Assembly (NCBI GenBank): GCA_038087875.1
Contig: JAXLNO010000257.1
Coordinates: 1-64,000, forward strand
Reading direction: 5' to 3'
DNA: 64,000 nucleotides
Source of the DNA: Malacoraja senta
Taxonomy: Eukaryota
A program made the position numbers and the translations under genes. Positions 12,916 to 26,690 of the stretch are shown here, piece after piece. The notes under the pieces were generated by a model. The model was not told the DNA's origin, ran no database searches, and worked only from the letters and a program-made list of their open reading frames with translations. The first letter of the stretch is position 1, and each line of letters opens with the position of its first letter.

Positions 12916-14056
12916 TATGTTTTTCCCATTTAGTTATAGTAAATGGGAAAAACATACAACGGAGGCCCTGCATGCGCAAATTTGTCGGAACATCCTCCGC
13001 ATCCAAAGGAAAACACCAACAAACGCATGTAGGGCGAAATTAGCCAGATACCCACTGATAATAAATATCCAGAAAAGAGCACTAACTTTTTGAAATCACC
13101 TTAAATCGAGCCCACCAGATACCCTCCAGTTTAAAGCCCTTAAAACACAAGAGGGGAGCCCAGAAAAGAGTTCCCTGTGTCAGTTGGTACTGAGACTAAC
13201 TACCCCCATTCAGTTAAACCCTATCCAGTTAAATCCTGACCAGCCTCAGATCAATACTGATCCCCAATCACCAGTTAGAGTGAACCAAATTATCAAACAA
13301 TATAAAGAAACGTATTTGGAACATTGGGATAAAGAAACCAAAAGCCAAAGCAGATTAGAATGCTACCGTGCCCTAAAAAGAGATTATAAATTGGCAGACT
13401 TTCTCTCAACTGTTAGAGACATAAGGCAGAGACAGACCCTCACCAAATACAGGCTAAGTGACCACTATTTGGCAGTTGAAAAAGGAAGACAGAAGAGATT
13501 CTGGCAACCAAGAGAAAACAGAATATGTGGCCACTGTTTGACAGATGAGGTTGAAACAGAGGTGCACTTCCTCCTAAAATGCAAAAAAATTGACAAAACA
13601 AGGAAAACATACTTTGACAAACACAGTCAGGCAACCCCTCATTTTAAAGAACTAGATGATACATCAAAACTAAGAATAATCCTCGGTGAAGGAAATACGG
13701 CACATCTTGGTGCACAATACGTAACAGCATGCCACAACCTGAGAGACGGTGAATGACCAATATGCACATATGTACGCACACACTAATTGGCATTAAATGA
13801 CATTTAGAAATTAATATTGAATTGCTAAACTTGCTATCCTGTTGTACTGCTTACAGCTGCAAGAAAGTGTAGCAATCAATAAAGGGCTATAGGCCTCTTG
13901 CGAGTTTATGTACAGGGACATATCTATCTATGCACTGTATACTTGTATTTATACTTATGCATTTTAAATATGTATGTCATGTTTTATACTTTGGCAATAT
14001 AACAATGTATTTTTTATCATGCCAATAAAGTTTTAAATTGAAAAATTGAAATTGAA
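12916..14056 (+). mobile_element. 5'-truncated non-LTR retrotransposon 3' part (RTE-X/Daphne-like Cys-rich C-terminus)
   Basis: TKYRLSDHYLAVEKGR..RENRICGHC..VETEVHFLLKC; ends gccaataaag + (aattga)n tail. Clade is from memory. Confidence 0.75.
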
Positions 14057-14689
14057 TACTGAGGGATGGAAATTGGGAGTGGCGGCATTGTTCCAGCAAA
14101 AGGGATATTGTTTCAAACTCCATCAGATCCAACTCTCCACCTCATGTTGTTTGTCTGATTTCCTTCAATCCGTTTCACTCAGCAAGGCAATGCCAAATTT
14201 CAGGGATCCTCTCAGGGCTTCTGGTGCCCAGTTTGAAGGTGGACTGGACTGGGCGACCTTTGTCCACAGGTTGAGGAATTAGTTCAACACATCACCTCGG
14301 ACTAAAATGCCCCCCCCCCCTCCACTCTGCTTCACCACTCAATATGATCGCGGCTTCACTGACTAACCTCAACCCCACACTCCTGCTGACTGACCCCGGG
14401 AACCATTCACTCCCTGCTTGCCTGGAATAGATCTGTATATACCATGGGACACTAACATCCTCTGCCTTCCTTCATCACCTCTGGGGAGGAACGACCCAAA
14501 GACTCACGACACTCAGAGAACAGAAACATTGCCGCCTCAGAATTGTCCTAAACCTAAGTAAAACGCGAATGATGCAGCACCTCTCCCTCCTCTCTTTCTC
14601 TCTCCCTCCATCCTTACTGATGTCACTCTCTCTGAACTGTTACTCTCCTACGCTCTCTATTCCCCCTCTCAGGGCTGCCCTCTCTCCGT

Positions 14690-15050
14690 CCACTGATGGA
14701 GTGACATACAGTGGGATAGTACTGATGGAGGGATAAAAATGGGGCAGAACTGACGCAGTGACACACTGTGGTGGTACTGATGGAGGGGCTCACTCTGGTG
14801 GTACTGACGGAGGGGCACACTGCTGTGGTACTGATGGAGGGACACACTGTGGTGGTGCTGATGGAGGGGCACACTTTGGTGGTGCTGATGGAGGGACACA
14901 CTGGTGGTGCTGATGGAGGGACACACTGTGGTGGTACTGATGGAGGGACACACTGTGGTGGTGCTGATGGAGGGGCACACTGTGGTGGTGCTGATGGAGG
15001 GACACACTATGGAGTAGTACTGATAGCGTGACACACTGTGGGGTAGTAAT
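14690..15050. repeat. ~27 bp minisatellite (gtggtggtgctgatggagggacacact)
   Basis: About a dozen direct copies visible. Confidence 0.9.
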
Positions 15051-15288
15051 CTGGGGTAATACCTATAGTGACAGATTTTCATATCGTTTCAAGGATTCTT
15101 TCCTTTACTCACTCTGATTGAAGACAGGGGTTCAAGAGATAATCGAAACTCACTCACGCGCTCTCCCCGAGACATTCAATGCCGTTGAAAGGGAAATCTT
15201 CCAAACACAGTCTCTTGATTAATAGTTTCTTTATTGTAGTAGTAAAAACAGTAAGATATTCATCCAAACTTCTTCTTGTATAAGTACA

Positions 15289-15545
15289 CTAGACTAAGTG
15301 AGACCCGTTGGGTCCCATCTTCACACGGGAGGGCTGGTCCCCCAAAGCAATTTTCAACCTTTCCACCAATTCCAATATTGCTGGCCAGTGGCGGGGCGGT
15401 GGTGGGGGCTTCTGTAGTTCTAACATCGGTTTTGTGGGCCGAATATATTCTTGGGCAGGCAGCTCAGAAACTCAGGCCTGGTGGGATGGCAGCTCAGAAA
15501 CAAAGGCCTGGTGGGCTGGCAGCTCAGAAACTGCCAGAAATTCTA
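15289..15545 (-). mobile_element. Helitron-like 3' terminus (hairpin + CTAG) and adjacent body; related sequence resumes at ~17205
   Basis: Minus strand gggaccc-aac-gggtctc hairpin then acttagt-CTAG|t; homologous terminus at 50855. Confidence 0.65.
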
Positions 15546-15554
15546 CTGAAAACA

Positions 15555-17088
15555 TCAAATGTCATTAGAAACGGGAATAATGCCGGAGGATTGGCGTACT
15601 GCGCATGTTGTTCCGTTGTTTAAAAAGAGTTCGAAGAGTAACCCTAGCAATTATAGACCTGTTAGTTTGACGTCAGTGGTGGGCAAATTAATGGAAAGGA
15701 TACTTAAAGATAATATATATATAAGCATCTGGATAAGCAGGGTCTGATTAGGAACAATCAACATGGATTTGTACCTGGAAGGTCATGCTTGACTAATCTT
15801 CTTGAATTTTTCGAAGAGGTTACTAGGGAAATTGATGAGGGTAAAGCAGTGGATGTTGTCTATATGGACTTCAGTAAGGCCTTTGACAAGGTTCGTCATG
15901 GAAGGTTGGTTAAGAAGATCCAATTGTTGGGTATTAATGGTGGAATAGCAAGATGGATTCAACAGTGGCTGAATGGGAGATGCCAGAGAGTAATGGTGGA
16001 TGGCTGTTTGTCAGGTTGGAGGCCGGTGACTAGTGGGGTGCCTCAGGGGTCTGTGTTGGGTCCACTGTTGTTTGTCATGTACATCAATGATCTGGATGAT
16101 GGTGTGGAAAATTGGATTAGTAAGTATGCAGATGATACTAAGATAGGTGGTGTTGTGGATAATGAAGTAGATTTTCAAAGTCTACAGAGAGATTTAGGCC
16201 ATTTGGAAGAGTGGGCTGAAAGATGGCAGATGGAGTTTAATGCTGACAAATGTGAGGTGCTACATCTCGGCAGGACAAATCAAAATAGGACGTACATGGT
16301 AAATGGTAGCGAATTGAGGAATGCAGTTGAACAGAGGGATCTAGGAATAACTGTGCATAGTTCCCTGAAGGTGGAATCTCATGTAGATAGGGTGGTAAAG
16401 AAAGCTTTTTGGTGTGCTGGCCTTTATAAATCAGAGCATTGAATATAGAAGTTGGGATGTAATGTTAAAATTGTACAAGGCATTGGTGAGGCCAATTCTG
16501 GAGTATGGAGTACAATTTTGGTCGCCTAATTATAGGAAGGATGTCAACAAAATAGAGAGAGTACAGAGGAGATTTACTAGAATGTTGCCTGGGTTTCAGC
16601 AACTAAGTTACAGAGAAAGGTTAAACAAGTTAGGTCTTTATTCTTTGGAGCGCAGAAGGTTAAGAGGGGACTTGATAGAGGTCTTTAAAATTATGAGTGG
16701 GTTAGACAGAGTGGCCGTGGATAAGCTTTTCCCATTGAAAGTAGGGAAGATTCAAACAAGGGGACATGACTTGAGAATTAAGGGACATAAGTTTAGGGGT
16801 AACATTAGGGGGAACTTCTTTACTCAGAGAGTGGCAGGTGTGTGGAATGAGCTTCCAGTGGAAGTGGTGGAGGCAGGTTCGATTTTATCCTTTAAAAATA
16901 GATTGGATGGGTATATGGACGGGAAAGGAATGGAGGGTTATGGTCTGAGTGCACGTAGATGGGACTAGGCGAGAGTTTTTTTTTTTTTTTTAATAAAAAA
17001 AAAATTAAAAAAATAAAAAGTTCGGCACGGACTTGAAGGGCCGAGGTGGCCTGTTTCCGTGCTGTTATGGTTATATGGTTATATGGTT
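15555..17088 (+). mobile_element. Young 5'-truncated CR1 LINE (RT domain to 3' end)
   Basis: NYRPVSLTS, DFSKAFD, GVPQGSVLGP, YADD; (ggttatat)n tail; frameshifts ~15720 and ~16410. Confidence 0.93.
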
Positions 17089-17610
17089 AAACAGGTGACA
17101 GAGTCTGTGAGAGAGAAGGAGGAAATGGTGGACAATCAATTTTAGACATTTTCATCTCTTTTTACAGATCACAGCAATGAAGGAAGAACGTCTATCCTTG
17201 TGTGGATCTCTGGAGCGCTAGTATGGGTGTTGTGGGCTGAAGGGACTGGTGTCCAGAGGGATAGTATGGACAATGTGGACTGAATGGATTCTTGGACTTA
17301 CAGTTCAGTGAAGTCACGACTGGTGGGCTGGCACTTCAGTCAATTACAGCTGGTGTGGTGGCAGTTCACTCAGTTACCCCTCCTCCCTTCACTCCACAAC
17401 TCTGCTCCTTGCCATTCCCCTCCCCCCCCCACACTTACATTCAGTCCATCTCCCCTCAACCTCCCCCCTCCCCCTGGCACTCTTAGTGGCTCTCCGACAG
17501 CGCAGGCATTCCTGCCTATTAGGTACCCATTGTGATGAAGAACACGCAGACATGGCAAGTGGAAAAATGATTTATTAAAGTTTAAAATGTGAACGAGTCT
17601 TAAAACATTG

Positions 17611-18300
17611 CAAGTCCAACACCACAGCACTCCAAGCAGAGTAGAGGCAGCAAACCCAACCTCACTCCAAGCAGAGTGGAGGCAGCAAATCCAACCTCAC
17701 AGCACTCCAAGCAGAGTGCAGGCAGCAAGTCCAACCTCACTCCAAGCAGAGTGCAGGCAGCAAATCCAACCTCACAGCACACCAAGCAGAGTGCAGGCAG
17801 CAAATCCAACCTCACAGCACTCCAAGCAGAGTGGTGGCTGCAATTCCAACCTCACAGCACTCCAAGCAGAGTGCAGGCAGCAAGTCTAACCAGACAGCAA
17901 GCAGAGTGCAGGAGGCAAATTCAACCTCACAGCACTCCAAGCAGAGTGCAGGCAGTAAGTCCAACCCCACAGCACTCCAAGCAGGATGCGGGCAGCAATT
18001 CCAACCTCACTGCACTCCAAGCACTCAAACAGAGACACACACACACAGACACACACACACAGAGACACACACACAGAGACACACACACAGAGACAAACAC
18101 ACAGACACACACACAGAAACACACACAGAAACACACACAGACATGCACACAAACACAAAGACACACATACACACACAAACACACACACACACATATACAC
18201 ATATAGAAAGACATGCACACATACACACAAACAAATAGACACACTCTCTCACACACACATAAACAAACACACACACACAGACACACACTCACACACAACA
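17611..18300. repeat. ~37-42 bp minisatellite (ccaacctcacagcactccaagcagagtgcaggcagcaa) followed by CA-rich microsatellite
   Basis: About ten copies to ~18025, then (CA)-rich tract. Confidence 0.9.
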
Positions 18301-19294
18301 CCAATACTAAAATGCCAAATAACTTCAGAACGTTGTAAGCATACTGAATCCTTTTACTAACCATATATTCTATGTAAGTAATTTGAAAATAAGAACACAG
18401 ATGTGTCTAAACCAAATGATTCAAATGTTTAAAGCCTTTTTTATTACAAAACACTCCTCTCGAGCTGCTGCTACTGCAAAAACGTGCTTTAAATAACTTT
18501 CAACAAACACACACACTCACCATATGTATGGCAGTGAGCTCTCTTGAATTACTCAAATTGTTCAGGGCGGCGTCTCCACTTTGGCCCTTCCGCACTGAGC
18601 GCCTCTGAACTCACCGGAAATGACGCATTCAGCACCATCTCTCCACTAAGCGGAAGTCACGGAATGAGCGGCAATTTTGCATTAAACACAGTCGTGATCT
18701 AATAAAAGGTTTATTCACGGGTTTTCCTTCAAAAAACGGTTGCACAGCAAGCCTCATTTAAAATTCAAGCTACATTTAAAAAGCAAAACACATATTAAAA
18801 TATAGGCACAGTTTAGCGGCACAGTCAAAAGGCACACTTTTGAATTAGCGGCACAGTCAAAAGCCACGTAAACACATTTATTCCTTCCAAACACAGTTCC
18901 AAATAAACCACATAAAAGCACATCAAACCACACTCACAGTTTAGTAGACATGTGTTCAGTGTTCAGTTTAGTCACAGCTCAGACTGAGAGTCATGATCTC
19001 TCCTTCACAATCTACTAGCGACTGCGGAACGTCCACACTTCCGGGTGTATAGTCCCTTCCCCTCCCAACGGATGGGGCGTGACCTTCATGGTGTGATTGA
19101 CAGGAGAGAGAATCTCAACATTTTTAAAACATTAATAAGTCTTATTTTTCATCGATGGGAAAAATCCTCTGGCCCTGACAGCTGGAGGGGGACTCTGAGT
19201 AAGACGGACAAAAATCCCAGCCGTAAAAGGAAGCGATTTTTCTAAAATCAATATAGATTGCAAACAGGAAGTGGTCAAGATTTGACTTTTAATC

Positions 19295-22200
19295 ACTTGC
19301 CTTCGCATTTTCAAAGCAACCACACTTGCCTTTGCATTTTCAAAGCAACCGCACTTGCCTTTGCATTTTCAAAGCAAACCACCTTTCGCATTTTCAAAAC
19401 AAACCACCTTTTGCATTTTCAAAGCAAACCACCTATTGCATTTTCAAAGCAAATCTTTTTGCATTTTCAAAGCTAACCACCTTTTGCACTTTCAAAGCAA
19501 ACCACCTTTTGCATTTTCAAAGCAAACCAACTTTTGCATTTTCAAAGCAAACCACCTTTTGCATGTTCAAAGTAAACCACCTTTTGCATGTTCAAAGCAA
19601 ACCACATTTTGCATTTTCAAAGCAAACCATCTTTAGCATTTCCAAAGCGAACCACCTTTTCCATTTTCAAACCAAACCACCATTTGCATTTTCGAAGCAA
19701 ACTGTTGCATTTCCGAAGCAAACATTTTGCATTTCCAAAGCAAACCTTATTTCATTTTCAAAGCAAACCACCTTTTGCATTTTCAAAGCAAACCACCATT
19801 TGCATTTTCAAAGCAAACCACCTTTTGCATTTACAAAGCAAACCACCTTTTGCATTTTCAAAGCAAACCACCTTTGCATTTTCAAAGCAAAACATTTTTC
19901 GCATTTTCAAAGCAAACCACTATTTGCAATTTCAAACCAATCCTTTTTGTATTTTCAAACCAAACTTTTTGCATTTTCAAACCAAACCACCATTTGCATT
20001 TTCAAACCAAACCAGCATTTGCATTTTTAAACCAAACCACGATTTGCATTTTCAAACCAAACCAGCATTTGCATTTTCAAACCAAACCACCATTTGCTTT
20101 TTCAAACCAAACCTTCATTTGCACTTTCAAAGCAAACCTTTTGCATTTTCAAAGCAAACCTTTTGCATACTCAAACCAAACCACCATTTGCATTTTCAAT
20201 CCAATCCTTTTGCATTTTCATACCAAATCTTTTGCATTTTCAAACCCGACCACCATTTGCATTTTCAAACAAAACCACCATTTTCATTTTCAAACCAAAC
20301 CACCATTTACATTTTCAAACCAAAGCACCATTTGCATTTTCAAACCAAACCATCATTTGCATTTTCAAACCAAACCACCATTTGCATTTTCAAACCGAAC
20401 CTCCTTTTGCATTTTCAAACCGAACCCCCTTCTGCATTTTCAAACCGAACCGCCTTTTACATTTTCAAAGCAAACATTTTGCATTTTCAAAGTAAACCTT
20501 TTGCATTTTTAAAGCAAACATTTTGCATTTTTAAAGCAAACATTTGCATTTTGAAAACAAACCATTTGCATTTTCAAAGCAAACATTTTGCATTTTCAAA
20601 GCACCTTTTGCATTTTCAAACCAAACCACCTTTTGCACTTTCAAAGCAACCCGCCTTTCGCATTTTCAAAGCAAACTGCCTTTTGCATTTTCAAAGCAAA
20701 CTGCCTTTTGCATTTTCAAAGCAAACCACCTTTTGTATTTTCAAAGCAAACCACATTTTGCATTTTCAAAGCAAACAACAGTTTGCATTTTCAAAGCAAA
20801 CCACCTTTTGCATTTTGCAAAGCAAACCACCTTTTGCATGAAGCAAACCACCTTTTGCATTTTCACAGCAAACCAACTTTTGCATTTTCAAAGCAAACCA
20901 CCATTTGCATTTACAAAGCAAACCTTTTGCATTTTCAATCCAATCCTTTTGCATTTTCATACCAAATCTTTTGCATTTTCAAACCCGACCACCATTTGCA
21001 TTTTCAAACAAAACCACCATTTTCATTTTCAAACCAAACCACCATTTACATTTTCAAACCAAACCACCATTTGCATTTTCAAAGCAAACCATCATTTGCA
21101 TTTTCAAACCAAACCACCATTTGCATTTTCAAACCGAACCTCCTTTTGCATTTTCAACCCGAACCCCCTTCTGCATTTTCAAACCGAACCGCCTTTTACA
21201 TTTTCAAAGCAAACATTTTGCATTTTCAAAGTAAACCTTTTGCATTTTTAAAGCAAACATTTGCATTTTGAAAACAAACCATTTGCATTTTCAAAGCAAA
21301 CATTTTGCATTTTCAAAGCACCTTTTGCATTTTCAAACCAAACCACCTTTTGCACTTTCAAAGCAACCCGCCTTTCGCATTTTCAAAGCAAACTGCCTTT
21401 TGCTTTTTCAAAGCAAACTGCCTTTTGCATTTTCAAAGCAAACCACCTTTTGTATTTTCAAAGCAAACCACATTTTGCATTTTCAAAGCAAACAACAGTT
21501 TGCATTTTCAAAGCAAACCACCTTTTGCATTTTGCAAAGCAAACCACCTTTTGCATGAAGCAAACCACCTTTTGCATTTTCACAGCAAACCAACTTTTGC
21601 ATTTTCAAAGCAAACCACCATTTGCATTTTCAAAGCAAACCTTTTGCATTTTCAAGTACATCCTTTTGCATTTTGAAATCAAACCTTTTTTATTTTCAAA
21701 GCAAACCTTTTGCATTATCAAAGCAAAACACCATTTGCATTTTAAAGCAAACCACCGTTTGCATTTTCAAAGCAAAAAAAAATTCAATTTTCGAAGCAAA
21801 CCGCCATTTGCCTTTTCGAAGCAAACCGCCATTTGCATTTTCGAAGCAAACCATCTTTTGCATTTGCAAAGCAAACCACCTTTTGCATTTTCAAAGCAAA
21901 ACACCGTTTGCATTTTCAAAGCAAAACATTTTTCGCATTTTCGAAGCAAACCGCCATTTGCATTTTCAAACCAAACCATCATTTCCATTTCAAACCAAAC
22001 CACCATTTGCATTTTCAAACCGAACCACCGAACCCCTTTATCATTTACAAACGGAACCACCTTTTGCATTTCAGGATACTTTTTGCATTTTCGAAGCAAA
22101 CCTTTTGCATTTTCAAAGCAAATCTTTGCATTTTCAAAGCAATCTTTGCATCTTCAAAGCAAACCATTTGCATTTTCAAAGCAAACATTTTGCATTTTCA

Positions 22201-22597
22201 AAGCAAACCACCTTTTGCATTTTCAGACCAAACCACCTTTGCATTTTAAAGCAAACCACCTTTGTATTTTCAAAGCAAACCACATTTTGCATTTTCAAAG
22301 CATACTACCTTTTGTATTTTCAAAGCAAACCACCATTTGCATTTCAAAGCAATCCTTTTGTATTTTCAAAGCAAATCTTTTGCATTTTCAAAAGCAAAAC
22401 ACCATTTGCATTTCAGAGCAAACCACCTTGAGCATTTTTAAAGCAAACCACCTTTTGCATTTACAAAGCAAACTGCCATTTGCCTTTTCGAAGCAAACCG
22501 ACATTTGCATTTCCAAAGCAAACCTTTTGCATTTCCAAAGCAAACATTTTTGCATTTCAAAGCAACCAACTTTTGCATTTTTAAAGCAAACCACCTG
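19295..22597. repeat. 3.3 kb satellite of ~22-25 bp unit (ttttgcattttcaaagcaaaccacc) with a higher-order duplication
   Basis: Well over 100 copies; diagnostic variants recur at offsets of 717-739 bp. Confidence 0.95.
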
Positions 22598-22743
22598 CGG
22601 TGTATGTACTAGAATGGATTACCTGCCTCCAAGTTGAAGGGGGGAGGAGTGTTAGGAATGTGAAAATGAGCACATAATTAATCTTGTGATGTCTTGTGCA
22701 AGTACGCATGTGCGGGGAGACTCAAGGGGGCGTCCTGGAAAAA

Positions 22744-23235
<492 letters not shown>

Positions 23236-23717
23236 CTGCCGGTTGAATGATTCCCTCAAGGCGAACAGAGCACAAAGTGGTCAAATTGCAGCAAGTATTC
23301 CCTCATGCCTGTGTGATGCATTGGAGGCTTAAAAGCACCTTGCCAGCCAGCCAGCCAGCACAGCCAGCCAGCACAGTGAAAAGGCCAAAAATGGATTTTG
23401 CTGCGTGCCTGGCTGAGAATCTATTTTAGGCCCCACACGGCTGTCTGGAAAAATTGCAGAAAGCATTCCCTCATTCGGCCCATCTATGCTAGCCCAGGAG
23501 GTGTCCCTTCTGCCAATCAGGCATGTACTCTGTCCCCACTGTTCTGTCCCCCCCCCCACACTGTTCTCTGTCCCACACTAGCCCTCCCCAGCCACCACCC
23601 TAAGTGTGTGATGATCATAATAGTCAAAGGTGACTGTACTCAAAACATCCCCCCTAAAAAATTTGCTTAAGTGTCCCTTCGGCCAATCGAGCCCTGTACT
23701 AGCCCAGAATGAATGTG

Positions 23718-24022
23718 CGGCACATGCTGCAGCGGTAGAGTTACTGCCTTACAGTGCCAGAGACCTGGGTTCATCCTGACTATGGGTGCTGTCTTCATGG
23801 AGTTTGTTACGTTCTCCCTGTGCGTTTTCTCCTGGTGCTCTGGTTGCCTCCCACATCCCAAAGACGTGCAGGTTAGTAGTTAATTGGCTTCTGTGAATTG
23901 TGCCTAGTGTGTAGGATGTGAAACGGGATAACATGGAACTGGTATAGGGGTGATCATTGCTCAGCACGGACTCGGTGCACCATAGGGCCTGTTATCACGC
24001 TGTACCTCAAAACTAAACTAAA
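23718..24022 (+). mobile_element. tRNA-derived HE1/V-SINE-like element (other copies ~24972-25210, 25489-25740, 27080-27250, 30455/30815-31075, 35097-35406 minus, 48466-48860, 53715-53955 and 57330-57568 minus, 62760-63040)
   Basis: A/B-box-like head gcagcggtagagttactgcc...gggttcatcc, central ggagtttg..gttctccc..gttttctcc domain, (aaact)n tail. Confidence 0.8.
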
Positions 24023-25807
24023 TAGACATTGGAGAAAATGACTTATGGTATTCCTGGTTATTTTTATTAATAACCTGTTCCAATAATCTGGCACTTCTTC
24101 AGCAGTTACTGAGCCAGTTAATAGGTGACTGCAGTGGCGTCTGGAATTACTGAAAACCTTTGAATCAAAAGAGGGAATCTTTACAATGGCAGGATATTGA
24201 ATTGATATTTCTCTATAAGTTTCAGGAGAGGATTTTCTATTTTGGATCTGGAAGCAGCTATGTTGTGCTTTTCAGGTAAGGAAAATACTCTATACTTAAA
24301 TTACTATGGGGTGGCTGGATGGTAAGCAGCTGAATTATACAAGGAATAGTTACCTATGAATTCATTCCGCAGATGAGTAAGGGTATCAGTTCCTCACTTC
24401 CCAAAATGATAGCGTTGATGTGGGTTGGAACATTATATGTAACCTGGAGTTCATTCATGATTACACTAAATCAGTAGTGTTGCCTTTTCAGTCTGCCAAG
24501 AAAAAATACAAGAAAAATCAATGTTTAGAAGTTGCTATTATTCATGAGGATGGATAGGACAGTAGGTCATGAGTGGGGTAGATCAGCCATGAATGAATGG
24601 TGTAGATGGGCCAAATGCCTAATTCTGCTCCCATGTCTTATGAAAACGATTTTCTAATGATTTAGTGAAAATGGTGTCCAGTACGTTGGGGATTGGTCAT
24701 GTGGTCAAAGCTCCTCAGCAGAGCATGAGAGAAGAAGAAAGATGTAGATTACAGGACCATGGGCAGGAAGGGAAGTTTGTCAGGATAGAGGGAAGCAATG
24801 GAGACAATGGTGTTCTTCAAATTAAACATTAAGAGGCCCTTATGTGTCAAAGTGTAGAGATGGTGGGGAGAAGGAAACAATTGTTCCTGGAAAAAAAACG
24901 TAGTTGTTATCTTTTAGGAGAATTACCATTGAAAGGGCATGACTCAATGTCTACTTTCTCCCAAGGAAAGGGCAGCACAGTGGCGCAGCGGTGAGTTGCT
25001 GTCTTCCAGTGCAAGAGACCCAGATTCAATCCTGACAATGGATGCTGTTTGTCCAGAGTTGGTGTGTTCTTTCTGTGCCTGCATGGGTTTTCTCCAGATG
25101 CTCTAGTTTTCTCCCACACTCCAAAGATATAAGGTTGTGGGTTAATTGGCTTCTGTAAATTGGCCCTCATGTATAGGATGGGATAACATAGAACTTGTGT
25201 ACGGATGATCGCAGGACAGCTCTTGGAGCAATCTGAGTTTTGCAATAAATCCAGGGAATTCTTTATGTATTGAATTTATTATCTACTAAAGTCAATTCAC
25301 TTGGACCAGGACACTCATGAGGTTTACAAATGTGAATTATAAAATTTCATTGATTAAACAGTTACTCATTTTGGGAAAGTTACCTTTTTAGTATTTTTTT
25401 GCACACTCTAGTGTAATACTGCATTATGCAATAAAAAACAGAAACTGCTGAAAATGCTGGAGATCAGGCAGAATGTGTGAAGATAGGCAGCCACGCAGTG
25501 GTGCGTTACAGCGTCAGAGACACGGGGTCGATCCTGACTATGGGTGCTGTTTGTATGTTCACCCTGTGACAGTGTGGGTTTTCTCATGGTGCTCTAGTTT
25601 CCTTCCACACTCTAGACGTACACGTTGATAGGTTTGTAGGTTACTTGGCTTTTGTAAATTGTAACTTTTCCCTGGTGTGCAGGGCAGGGTGTGCAGGGTG
25701 ATCGCTGGTTGGCACGGACATGGTGGGCCGAAGGGTTGTCACTTACTGATCCCTGCGTTTCTAACAAGCACATATTGCCAGGATGTTTTGAGGCAGTTTA
25801 TACTTGC

Positions 25808-25923
25808 CTTGTAGTTTTCCAGTGCGTCCAAAGCCAGATCACGAACCTCCAGGGAGTAAATACATAGTGCGGCTAATAACTTAAAGACTTGTTTTTTTAC
25901 GGTGATGTTAGCTGTATCCAATG
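25808..25923 (-). pseudogene. INF2: Orphan exon of inverted formin 2 (DID domain)
   Basis: (A)[38 protein letters not shown] vs recalled INF2 [39 protein letters not shown]; tttgcag acceptor, AAG|GCAAGT donor; 116 nt; no other INF2 exon seen. Confidence 0.82.
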
Positions 25924-26374
25924 CTGCAAATCAAAATTTTCAATTCTATTATCTTGGACGAAAGCAAAATTTCTACCTGAGGCAACAGAACCTTATGGTT
26001 AGAAAAATATGCTTGTTTTTACCACTTTCTGCAACAGCTTATGTAAAGATCTCACTTCTTTTCACTAATCTAAATTTGACCTAATTTAGTAGCCCAGATG
26101 GTGGCAAAACTGTCAGTGTTTTACCATTGCCACACCATAAAACTGATAGAAACATCTGAGTTTTCATGTTCAAAATTAAATGCAGAAATCCTGGCATTGC
26201 TACTCACTGATAACTATTTCAGCAACACAGTGAGCCAATGAAGCCTTGCTGAGGGATGCAAGTGAATTGATGAGGACTGCAAATTTATGCTAACTATTCT
26301 CACTGTAAATACTGGCCTTCCCGCAAAACATGTGGATGAATTTTTTTCATGGAGTTTAAAATATGATGTACTGT

Positions 26375-26690
26375 ACAGGAAACACTCGCAATAACGGACC
26401 TCTATACAGCAGATTTGGTTATAGCGGACCAAAGCCCCCATTGCACTGCCCCCCACTTCCGCCAGTTACCCACCGAGCTGGCACCTCATGGCGGGAGCTT
26501 CCGGTTGCAGGAGCTGAGAGAGTGCGCAGCATGAAGGCGGCCTGTGAATTCCCCTGTTTTAATCGCCTTTGTTCCCTCCCGGCCTGGGCCTGGGTTAAAC
26601 TTTACCCCCTCACTTGGTTATAGTGGACAATCGGCAAAAACAGACACCGTGCCCTCTCCACTGAGGTCCATCAGAGCGAGGGTTTTATTG
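26375..26690. mobile_element. Degenerate pogo/Tigger-like MITE
   Basis: Left ta|caggaaacactcgcaataacggacc vs right ggtccatcagagcgagggttttattg (imperfect TIR); internal ggttatagyggac repeats. Confidence 0.5.

Noticed and set aside
14690..18025. Regular repeats resembling CRISPR arrays (also 19295-22597, 50330-50490)
   Set aside because: Head-to-tail minisatellites without unique spacers; no cas genes; vertebrate context
19258..22637. Many overlapping ORFs up to 458 aa (FAFSKQTT, LHFQSKPP repeats)
   Set aside because: The satellite monomer has no stops on the plus strand, so all three frames are open
23718..23790. tRNA-like sequences (also 24972, 25489, 27080, 48466)
   Set aside because: They are SINE heads continuing into SINE bodies, with no complete cloverleaf
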